Program-made: the position numbers and the translations under genes | The notes under the pieces: generated by a model | Told to the model about the DNA's origin: nothing | The model's input: the letters and a program-made list of their open reading frames with translations, nothing else | Databases searched by the model: none | Assembly: GCA_964431415.1 (NCBI GenBank) | Contig: CAYSJS010000005.1 | Span: 7,132 to 71,131, forward strand | Direction: 5' to 3' | DNA: 64,000 nucleotides | Source: an uncultured Candidatus Saccharibacteria bacterium | Lineage (GTDB): Bacteria; Patescibacteriota; Saccharimonadia; Saccharimonadales; JACDBH01 | In this document: positions 55,197-62,773 of the stretch, piece by piece | Position numbering within the stretch: position 1 is the stretch's first letter | How the letters are laid out: each line of letters starts with the position of its first letter

Positions 55197-55643
55197 ATGA
55201 TCGTGAATTACGAAAAACAAACACCAAAAATACCCGGCTTAGCAGATGCTTATAGGAATGCGTTTAATAATCCCAGTGAAGAACAGATCATTAGAGATAG
55301 AGTTAAAATGGCAAGAAAAGTTGATGGTTATGAGGCGGTATTTGATCCCGATAAAGCCATTTCAGATTTGGGTAGGCGTGCAGTTCGGGAAGCCGAAGAT
55401 GCACTTCATCCACAGCACCAACCCGCATATGAGGAGTTAGAGGGTAGTCGTTTTGACTTTCTTGACGGGGTGTCGACTGGCCCGGACCATACGATACAAG
55501 AGGGTCGCACGGCAAGAGCGCAGGCAGAGGCAAGTATAACCACCCATGGAGATGGAACCCATACGCTTGGTTGGGAAATGCAGCGAGATGTAACAGTGAA
55601 TAGTGCTGGTCAGGTAATCCAAGATCACACAAAGTCTAGGTAG
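55197..55643 (+). CDS. Hypothetical protein
   Basis: The ORF is open from 55116 but overlaps comFC. The first ATG after the comFC stop is 55197 (MIVNYEKQTPKIPG...). No motif was recognised and the start is uncertain because of the abutting promoter. Confidence 0.4.
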   Translation: MIVNYEKQTPKIPGLADAYRNAFNNPSEEQIIRDRVKMARKVDGYEAVFDPDKAISDLGRRAVREAEDALHPQHQPAYEELEGSRFDFLDGVSTGPDHTIQEGRTARAQAEASITTHGDGTHTLGWEMQRDVTVNSAGQVIQDHTKSR

Positions 55644-55651
55644 CTGCTCGT

Positions 55652-55693
55652 CATAGCAAAAAGTCGTAATCTGTAGTACTACTTTTTGCTATG
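55652..55693 (+). terminator. Perfect 13-bp inverted repeat just after the stop of 55197..55643
   Basis: catagcaaaaagt (55652-55664) pairs with actttttgctatg (55681-55693) across a 16-nt spacer. There is no free U-tail, so it is a terminator or a protein-binding palindrome. Confidence 0.35.
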
Positions 55694-55885
55694 GCGGGAC
55701 ATTCGGGTCTGGAACTTTCCACCCCTTTTCTGTCCTCATACAGTCTATCGGAAAAATCTGGACATCCAAAGAATATTGTGTCTCATTATTCAAAAATTAA
55801 CAGTGGAGAATGGGACAAATGGAACGAGCGTCCCATTAAAAGAACTGTCTCATTTTTAGCCGAACAAATCTCGCACTTACTTCGC

Positions 55886-56341
55886 TTATGGTATGATGCC
55901 CTCTGGAATAGCCCGTGACATTCTTGCGAGAGACGGGCTATTTTGCTTTTCTAGACTTCTTAAAGAATCAATGGCCTTGATATCGAAGTATGTGGTTGAT
56001 CCAATGGTTTTACGCCACTTGCTAGGTGCTATAGATAAAGCAATGGAGCACCCAATTGTAGTATTCCTGGGTTTGCTTCGCTGTACTGCTTCGAAAGCAA
56101 CCCATGGCCTTCTACCAAACATCATCTGTTTATTGACTGATTGAATAAAAACATGCTCATCAGAACTTTTCAGCGGCGAAATTATCCAACTATCGACAAC
56201 TCGAGCGTTTCGCTCGCCTCTGACCATTTCTGTGTAACCAATTAAAATTCGGACAAAATCCGCGTCAGAAGTATTGTTTTTGATGAACATATGATAGCTA
56301 TCGTTTCCGATATAGTTCAGATAGACCGAGAAGTCTGTCAT
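55886..56341 (-). CDS. Hypothetical protein
   Basis: 151-aa ORF, divergent from the ParB-methylase gene. No motif was recognised. Confidence 0.45.
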   Translation of the reverse strand: MTDFSVYLNYIGNDSYHMFIKNNTSDADFVRILIGYTEMVRGERNARVVDSWIISPLKSSDEHVFIQSVNKQMMFGRRPWVAFEAVQRSKPRNTTIGCSIALSIAPSKWRKTIGSTTYFDIKAIDSLRSLEKQNSPSLARMSRAIPEGIIP

Positions 56342-56420
56342 AGCGCCTGCTACCTTAGCTTACGACCGAGTATTAGCAAAGCACGGATTTGACACCCCAA
56401 GAGCATAAGCGTAGGATGAA

Positions 56421-56438
56421 AATGTACAGCAATGTACA
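56421..56438. promoter_or_regulatory. Direct repeat AATGTACA x2 with 10-bp register; each copy contains the palindrome TGTACA (candidate operator)
   Basis: aatgtacagcaatgtaca lies in the divergent intergenic region between 55886..56341 (-) and 56667..57947 (+). Confidence 0.3.
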
Positions 56439-56514
56439 TCATTAACAATTCAAGAAACAACTACACAGTTCCGTTACGGGGTCAGAAGAAGGCCGTTTGC
56501 GAAAGCATAGAAAG

Positions 56515-56597
56515 AAGGCCGATCGTAAGGAATTGATTATAGCCGTACTTACTAAGAAGTACTGAAGCTATGATTAATTCTTTGTGATCGGCTTTTT
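56515..56597 (+). ncRNA. Long, strand-specific RNA hairpin (about 35 bp, G.U-rich) of unknown class
   Basis: Arm 56515-56543 pairs with arm 56567-56595 over 29 positions: 23 Watson-Crick and 6 G.U. All six non-WC positions are G.U only when read as plus-strand RNA. An apical 6-bp stem (gtactt/aagtac, 56545-56562) carries a 6-nt loop. The hairpin lies 70 nt upstream of the ParB-methylase ATG. Confidence 0.5.
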
Positions 56598-56666
56598 CAA
56601 TTTATAGAAAGCTTCATCACCAAGAGTTGGTGGTTAGTTCTTGCTAACTAACAAGGAGGTGAAGCT

Positions 56667-57947
56667 ATGGATGCTTCTTCAATACGTACAAACATAAAAA
56701 TCGAACAGGTGGATATAAAGCTACTGAAACCCAGCGCTTACAATCCACGAAAAATATCAGTCAAGGCTTTTGAGGACATCAAAGAAAGTCTGCGCCGCTA
56801 CGATTTGGTTGACCCCTTAATCGTAAATAACAACCCGAAGCGCAACGGGATCATCATTGGTGGCCACCAGAGATATCGGGCAGCCAAAGAGCTGGGATAT
56901 AAAACCGTGCCGGTGGTCTACATAAATCTAGATGAAGCTAGAGAAAAAGAGCTGAATTTGAGATTGAATCGCAATACGGGAGAATTTGACCTCGAACTTC
57001 TAAAGGCCTTTGACATAGATCTGCTATTGGACGTGGGGTTCGATGACACTGACCTCGCAGATATCTGGGACAACGCCCTGGAAACCGATGACGACGACTT
57101 CGACGAAGAAAAAGCAGTCAAGAAAGCAGCCGAAACCACTATAAAGCCGGGGCAGATGTTTCAGCTTGGCAGGCATAGACTGATCTGCGGCGATTCCAGC
57201 AATACAACTGTCATTAAACGCCTCGTTGGCGACAGCCAACCGAGCATCCTATATTGCGATCCACCCTTCAACATAGGGCTGGACTACAACAAAGGCGTTG
57301 GTCTCAAAGCTGGTTACGGTGGCAAGACAAGAGATAATAAGAGCGATGCTGAGTACAGGGCATTTCTTTCAAACATCTTGTCAGCAGCACTTTCAGTATT
57401 AACCACCGACTGTCATATCTTCATGTACTGCGACCAAAATTATATTGGTCTCTTGCAAAGCCTTATGGCTGAACACGGCCTCAAAAACCGACGGGTATGT
57501 TTGTGGATCAAGAATGGGTTCAATGTTGTGCCGCAAGTTGCGTTCAATAAGGCCTATGAGCCGTGCGTGTATGCTACCAGAGGTAATCCGTACCTGGCTG
57601 GCAAGAATAAGAATCTTATCGAGATTCTAAACAAGGATATAGCCGCCGGTAACCGCACCCTAGATGATATTGTCGACTTATTTGACATATGGCTGGCTAG
57701 GCGTGAACCAGGCCAGGAGTACCAGCACCCTACCCAAAAGCCAGTAACCTTGCATGAAAAACCACTGAAGCGCTGTACCAAAGTCGCAGACTATGTACTC
57801 GATGTTTTTGGCGGTTCAGGCAGCACCTTAGTTGCTTGTGAACAAATGAAGCGCACAGCGCTCCTTTGTGAGATCGAGCCAGTATTTTGTCAGGTCATCA
57901 TTGACCGCTATGAGGCTTTAACCGGCGAAAAGGCGGTACAACTATGA
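56667..57947 (+). CDS. ParB-like nuclease domain fused to a beta-class N6-adenine/N4-cytosine DNA methyltransferase
   Basis: 426 aa. The ParB N-domain reads YNPRKISVKAFEDIKESLRRYDLVDPLIVN...IIGGHQRYRAAKELG. MTase motif IV is ILYCDPPFNI and motif I is VLDVFGGSGSTLVACE. A strong RBS AAGGAGG precedes the ATG. Confidence 0.9.
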   Translation: MDASSIRTNIKIEQVDIKLLKPSAYNPRKISVKAFEDIKESLRRYDLVDPLIVNNNPKRNGIIIGGHQRYRAAKELGYKTVPVVYINLDEAREKELNLRLNRNTGEFDLELLKAFDIDLLLDVGFDDTDLADIWDNALETDDDDFDEEKAVKKAAETTIKPGQMFQLGRHRLICGDSSNTTVIKRLVGDSQPSILYCDPPFNIGLDYNKGVGLKAGYGGKTRDNKSDAEYRAFLSNILSAALSVLTTDCHIFMYCDQNYIGLLQSLMAEHGLKNRRVCLWIKNGFNVVPQVAFNKAYEPCVYATRGNPYLAGKNKNLIEILNKDIAAGNRTLDDIVDLFDIWLARREPGQEYQHPTQKPVTLHEKPLKRCTKVADYVLDVFGGSGSTLVACEQMKRTALLCEIEPVFCQVIIDRYEALTGEKAVQL

Positions 57948-58684
57948 AACCAGGACAAATAATCCAGTTGGGTCAACACAGGCTTGCTTGTGGTGACTCT
58001 AGTGATCCGGAACTTGTTAAACAGTTAATCGGAGAGAACAAGATTAGTGTAGTGCTAGTTGACCCGCCGTACGCCGTAGCAATCGTGGAGAGCAAACAAT
58101 GGCTGAAATCCAAGGATCGTCACAAGGCGATTGTAAACGATGGCTTGATGAGCGACGCTGCTTATCAAAAGTTTACTGAAGCCTGGGTCGGTGCTGTTAA
58201 GCCGCACCTGGCGTCTAAGAACAGCGTTTACATCTTCAATTCTGACAAGATGCTACTACCAACGGTACAGGCATTGAAAGCCAGCGGCGGGAAGTTTGCG
58301 CAGCTACTTATTTGGGCTAAAACTCAAGCTGTAGTGGGCCGCTTAGACTATCTACCCCAGCATGAACTCATAATCTACGGCTGGTTCGGCGCTCATAAGT
58401 TCCATAAGAGCAAAGATAAAAGCATTCTGGTGTACCCAAAGCCAAGCATCAGCAAGTTACACCCGACTATGAAGTCAGTAGGCTTGCTTCGCCGTCTCAT
58501 ACTGAATAGTTCAGACATTGACGACATAGTCTACGACTGTTTTGTAGGCAGTGGGAGCACACTACTCGCCCGTGAACAGACCAACCGGCGCTGTTTAGCC
58601 ATTGAACTAGATCCGGAGTACTGCCAAACCGTGATTGACCGATGGCAGAAATTAACTGGCCAGAAAGCTGAGGTGCTGTCATGA
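57944..58684 (+). CDS. Beta-class DNA methyltransferase (N6-A/N4-C), second copy
   Basis: 246 aa with motif IV VVLVDPPYAV and motif I VYDCFVGSGSTLLARE. ATGA overlaps on both sides. Confidence 0.9.
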   Translation: MKPGQIIQLGQHRLACGDSSDPELVKQLIGENKISVVLVDPPYAVAIVESKQWLKSKDRHKAIVNDGLMSDAAYQKFTEAWVGAVKPHLASKNSVYIFNSDKMLLPTVQALKASGGKFAQLLIWAKTQAVVGRLDYLPQHELIIYGWFGAHKFHKSKDKSILVYPKPSISKLHPTMKSVGLLRRLILNSSDIDDIVYDCFVGSGSTLLAREQTNRRCLAIELDPEYCQTVIDRWQKLTGQKAEVLS

Positions 58685-59112
58685 GCCGTAACCAGAAGAA
58701 GGACAAACAAAAACTCATAACTCAGCTACAAAAAATGCCAATCGTTGAAGTAGCTTGCAAGAATCTGAACCTACCAAGGGCTACTTACTATCGATGGCGG
58801 CAAGCTGATCCCCAGTTTGCCGCTCACTGCGATGAAGCGATTGAGCAAAGTTCAGGAATGGTCAGCGATATGGCGGAGAGCCAGTTAATCTCTGCAATTA
58901 AGGAACGTAACATGACCGCCATCATCTTTTGGCTCAAGCACCACCATCCAAAATACACCGCTAAGCTGCTACTTGAGGGTCGTATTCGTCACGAAGCTGA
59001 AGTGCTTTCTCCGGAACAGGAAGATCTAGTCATGCGGGCGCTGGTCATGGCTGGACTCCTGCCTAAGCAAACCACTAAACCGCCCGAAAAGGAGGACAAC
59101 CATGATACCTGA
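58681..59112 (+). CDS. HTH protein, phage terminase small-subunit-like
   Basis: 143 aa. The HTH-like segment is VEVACKNLNLPRATYYRWRQADPQFAAHCDEA, followed by NMTAIIFWLKHHHPKY, a pattern seen in TerS-type proteins. It lies directly upstream of TerL and overlaps it. Confidence 0.55.
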   Translation: MSRNQKKDKQKLITQLQKMPIVEVACKNLNLPRATYYRWRQADPQFAAHCDEAIEQSSGMVSDMAESQLISAIKERNMTAIIFWLKHHHPKYTAKLLLEGRIRHEAEVLSPEQEDLVMRALVMAGLLPKQTTKPPEKEDNHDT

Positions 59113-60649
59113 AGATAAGTTAAGCGATCTGGACTGGGAGCTGCTGCGCAAGCAGCGCTCCGTCCGGCTGAAGATTAGTGGTGAAAGCTTTTATTGGTTC
59201 TTTCACCTCTACTTTGGCCATTACATCAAGTATCCGACAGCTACTTTCCAGAAAGAGATCATTACCATGGCGAGTGATCCAGCAATTGAGCAGCTGGTCT
59301 TGGTTGCTTTCCGAGAAAGCGGCAAGTCAACCATCATCACTACAGCCTTGCCGCTTTGGGCGGTTACCGGACAACTACAGAAGAAATACATCGTCATCGT
59401 TTCTCAAACCCAGGCTCAGGCTCAACAACACCTGTCTAATATCAAGATGGAGCTGGAAAGCAATGATCTTATCCATAAGGACTTCTGGCCATACGATTAC
59501 GATACCAATGAGCTTGGCGTGACAGCTATAAACTTACCTAAATTTGGCGCAAGGATTATCGCCGTCTCCCGCGAGCAAGGCGTTCGTGGTTTACGGCATG
59601 GCCCACACCGCCCTGATCTCATCATTGCCGATGATGTCGAGGACAGCCGGACGGTGAAAAACAAAGAAAGTCGTGATCGTAACTTCGCCTGGTTTACTGG
59701 TGAGCTGTTACCGCTTGGCGGTGACAGCACTAAATACCTGATAGTTGGAAACCTGCTGCACGAAGATTCACTACTCATGCGCCTGAAAGCTGGTATTGAA
59801 CGTGGTGAACGTTCCGGCATCTACAAAGAATATCCGCTGGAACGTGACGGCAAAGCGTTATGGCCGGAGCGGTTTCCAGACCAAGACTCCATCAAGCGAC
59901 TAGAGCGTCGAATTGCTGATAGGATTCGCTTTGAGCGGGAGTACAGACTTCATCTTGTGCCAGACGATGAACAGATCATCACGTGGGATATGATCCGCTA
60001 CTATGACGTTCTGCCAGAATTATTACGGGGCGAAAGTCGCCAATTAGTCATTGGCGTCGATTTGGCCATTTCCGAGAAAGACGCCGCCGACTGTACCGCA
60101 CTAATAACCCTCGACATCCGTGGTTCAGATGATGACATGCGTTTTTATGTCTTACCAAACCCTATAAATACCAAGATCGGTTTTCCTGAGCAGCTGGACC
60201 TCATAAAAGAATTGAACATACAACTGAAAGGACCGAAGTTCTTCGTGGAGAGCACCGCCTACCAGGAGGCGCTAGTGCAATCCGCTAAGCGTGACACCAT
60301 AGACGTAACTGGCGTGAAACCGAGCCAGGATAAACGTACCCGGCTGAACATGATTGCTAACAAGATCCAACGAGGTATGATTCTCTTTCCGCAACACGGT
60401 TGCAAAGATTTGCTAACGCAGCTGGTGGGTTTTGGTATTGAAAAGCACGATGACCTAGTGGATGCCCTGACAATTGCCGTGATTGAAGCAGTGAGATCGG
60501 ATATTACGACTCCAAGAATGTGGATTGGTACACATAACTTCTGGAAAGATCCGGTATCCTTGACCACAAGTAGACAAAGACAAGGTCGAAGTTACTGGAG
60601 CCGCAGACTAGACGATTGGGAAGAAGCGACATCGGGTGAGTGGGATTAA
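59102..60649 (+). CDS. Phage terminase large subunit
   Basis: 515 aa. Walker A AFRESGKST and Walker B DLIIADDVED. The C-terminal RNase-H-like nuclease has VIGVDLAISEKDAADCTAL and KHDDLVDALTIAV. Confidence 0.85.
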   Translation: MIPEDKLSDLDWELLRKQRSVRLKISGESFYWFFHLYFGHYIKYPTATFQKEIITMASDPAIEQLVLVAFRESGKSTIITTALPLWAVTGQLQKKYIVIVSQTQAQAQQHLSNIKMELESNDLIHKDFWPYDYDTNELGVTAINLPKFGARIIAVSREQGVRGLRHGPHRPDLIIADDVEDSRTVKNKESRDRNFAWFTGELLPLGGDSTKYLIVGNLLHEDSLLMRLKAGIERGERSGIYKEYPLERDGKALWPERFPDQDSIKRLERRIADRIRFEREYRLHLVPDDEQIITWDMIRYYDVLPELLRGESRQLVIGVDLAISEKDAADCTALITLDIRGSDDDMRFYVLPNPINTKIGFPEQLDLIKELNIQLKGPKFFVESTAYQEALVQSAKRDTIDVTGVKPSQDKRTRLNMIANKIQRGMILFPQHGCKDLLTQLVGFGIEKHDDLVDALTIAVIEAVRSDITTPRMWIGTHNFWKDPVSLTTSRQRQGRSYWSRRLDDWEEATSGEWD

Positions 60650-60651
60650 GG

Positions 60652-61743
60652 CTAGTAGGTAGGTTTGTAATCTGTTACTTCTATTAGGTCTTCACCATAT
60701 TTTCTTAATAAATCGATAAGTGATGCGACTTCAGTGTCCGTACCTATAAGACCTTGTGGTATATGATCAGTACCTAGAGTTATACCAAGTAAATTACCGG
60801 TTATCGAACCTGTGCTGTCACTATCACCGTCATGATTCACGGCAAGCCTCAATGCATCCTCAACCGATAGGACTTTCTTGATGCCAAGCAAACTGCAGTA
60901 AATCGCAATAGCCAATGCCTCCTCAGCTACCCAACCTTGTCCGAGCTTGTGAAGATTTTCAACGCTTGGCGTTTCACTAGCTAACTGGATAGCCTTTTCA
61001 CATAGCTCCGCTAAATCTGGAGTGCCAAAATAATCCAAAGCTGTACGTATGGCTTTTTCTAGGGTCCCACCATGCAGTGCAAGGGCAATAATTACAGCAA
61101 GCAGCCCGCTCGCATGGTGGGCAGTTTGATGACCGTGTGTTATCGCTGCATCATGAGCGCCTTCGTCATACACTTTCTGCAACTCTTCTTTGCTAGTATC
61201 TTTTATAAGGTTACCGAAGAAAATGCCAACTGGAGCCACTCTCATAACTGTGCCACAACCTTTGCTATCATTTTCGGCAGGTTTGGCGGGTTTTGCCATA
61301 GCTTTCAATGCAGTAACACATGTAGTGCCGGGGCCTCTTTGCCTCTGAGCTTTTACCAATTCAAATAATTCTTTGCTGCCCCAGTCTAGATCGGTATAGT
61401 TTGGGTTGCTCTGGCCTTGTGTCTCTAGCCACTTGATATAACTCATGGCTGTATAGCTCCAATATTCCCCAAGAATGCCACGTTCAGCACCACGTCTATG
61501 AGCGCTAATTAAACCATCAGCTGCAAACAGCGACATTTGTGTGTCATCTGTAATCGCACCCTTCTTGCCGTACGCGACATTAAGCTGCTGGATGCCCTTT
61601 ATTTGGTTAGGCGTGTCACCGTACTTAGTTATGATTTCGCGATACTTCATGAATTCAACAGGTGCGCCGAATGCATCTCCAAGGGCGCCCAGGATTAAAC
61701 AAGCACGGGACTTGTCTATTCGGGAGTACTTATCAGAATTCAT
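60652..61743 (-). CDS. ADP-ribosylglycohydrolase family protein
   Basis: 363 aa. ILGALGDAFGAPVEF, ITDDTQMSLFAADGL and HDGDSDSTGSITGNLLG are the three hallmark ARH/DraG-family metal-binding motifs. Confidence 0.9.
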   Translation of the reverse strand: MNSDKYSRIDKSRACLILGALGDAFGAPVEFMKYREIITKYGDTPNQIKGIQQLNVAYGKKGAITDDTQMSLFAADGLISAHRRGAERGILGEYWSYTAMSYIKWLETQGQSNPNYTDLDWGSKELFELVKAQRQRGPGTTCVTALKAMAKPAKPAENDSKGCGTVMRVAPVGIFFGNLIKDTSKEELQKVYDEGAHDAAITHGHQTAHHASGLLAVIIALALHGGTLEKAIRTALDYFGTPDLAELCEKAIQLASETPSVENLHKLGQGWVAEEALAIAIYCSLLGIKKVLSVEDALRLAVNHDGDSDSTGSITGNLLGITLGTDHIPQGLIGTDTEVASLIDLLRKYGEDLIEVTDYKPTY

Positions 61744-62732
61744 ACCTCGTTACCTAGCTTTTCTGGGTGCAGCGCTGCATGATCACCCGCGGCTTTTAGA
61801 TCATCGAGGGCTGCTTGAAATTCTTCAACGGTTTTTGCGGTGTTCACGCCAACCCTACTTTCCGACTTTCCGAACATGTGAAGTGGATTAGATGAAAATG
61901 AAAATACTTCACCCGTATTTTTTAGTACAACGATTGGTCCATTACCAATCGTCATTTTCGAGTCATTTTTTGTGTCTAAGTATTCTCTGGGCTGGGTATC
62001 AATATAAAATGCGAAGCCACGATCTTCGATTCTGTCTGAACCGTCGACCTCATTAAACTTATTTTGGACGAATTCTTTAACTTGGTCTTCAGAAATACTT
62101 GAATTTACACCGCCAAATTTATTCTCGTCTGATCTTTTACCCTCTTTGTAGGCATTAATGAGATCCTCGGGCGAAATAGTACCAGTCATGTTAGAAAACA
62201 AAACTCCGCCATCATTGCCAACAACTATTGATCCACCCCCTCTGACTTCTTGCCAGACAAGATAACCAATTTCATCAACTTTCTTTATGCCAAACGTGCC
62301 AGTGTAGTTTGGGTCAGTTCTCAACAGCAATACTTTCGCCTTGTCTAAAGCTTTTTCTTCCGATAAAGTTGAGCCTGAATCATCACCAAACGGTTTGTCG
62401 TATTTTAGTTGGTATGCTTCACCTATAGTTCTTTCACCTTCATTCATTGTAGTTTCAACGGTTTCGCCAGTATCAATAAGCCAAAATTGGCGACCGTCTA
62501 GAGTCATTATCTGACCTTCAATAACATATGACCAAGCGTTATGGCCATTAATTTGATCTTCCTTTTGTATTTTTACGGGCGTGTTTGACGCAATATAATC
62601 TGCAGACTCCAGTAATCCTTGTTTTGCTTCACCAGACGCTTCCTCCGCTAGGGCTCTATATGTCTTTATAAGCTGTTGTCTTATTTCTGTATCAATAAAA
62701 TGAACTGCTTCTTCCTGGGTGTTGATTTGCAT
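61740..62732 (-). CDS. Hypothetical protein with an internally repeated beta-hairpin-like motif (immunity-protein-like)
   Basis: 330 aa. Its stop overlaps the ARH start (ATGA). The recurring motif appears as FWLIDTGETV, GGGSIVVGNDGGVLF and IGNGPIVVLKNTGEVFSF. The last copy resembles the GNGP...TGEV pattern I associate with YrhB/Imm-type immunity proteins. Confidence 0.55.
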   Translation of the reverse strand: MQINTQEEAVHFIDTEIRQQLIKTYRALAEEASGEAKQGLLESADYIASNTPVKIQKEDQINGHNAWSYVIEGQIMTLDGRQFWLIDTGETVETTMNEGERTIGEAYQLKYDKPFGDDSGSTLSEEKALDKAKVLLLRTDPNYTGTFGIKKVDEIGYLVWQEVRGGGSIVVGNDGGVLFSNMTGTISPEDLINAYKEGKRSDENKFGGVNSSISEDQVKEFVQNKFNEVDGSDRIEDRGFAFYIDTQPREYLDTKNDSKMTIGNGPIVVLKNTGEVFSFSSNPLHMFGKSESRVGVNTAKTVEEFQAALDDLKAAGDHAALHPEKLGNEV

Positions 62733-62773
62733 AATTTATAAGTGTCCCTTCCTAGGACTATTATAACTAACAA

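Larger units (their letters stand above)
56667..60649 (+). mobile_element. Phage-derived four-gene module (2 methylases + TerS-like + TerL); prophage remnant or satellite/domesticated packaging unit
   Basis: All four genes are translationally coupled by overlaps. No portal, capsid, tail, integrase or att repeat is visible in the window, and TerL ends 2 nt from a convergent cellular-type gene. Confidence 0.5.

Noticed and set aside
55691-55918. 75-aa plus-strand ORF after the 13-bp inverted repeat
   Set aside because: Its ATG sits inside the right arm of the hairpin. It has no RBS and no motif, and its 3' end overlaps the convergent 151-aa gene. The evidence is insufficient to call it a gene.
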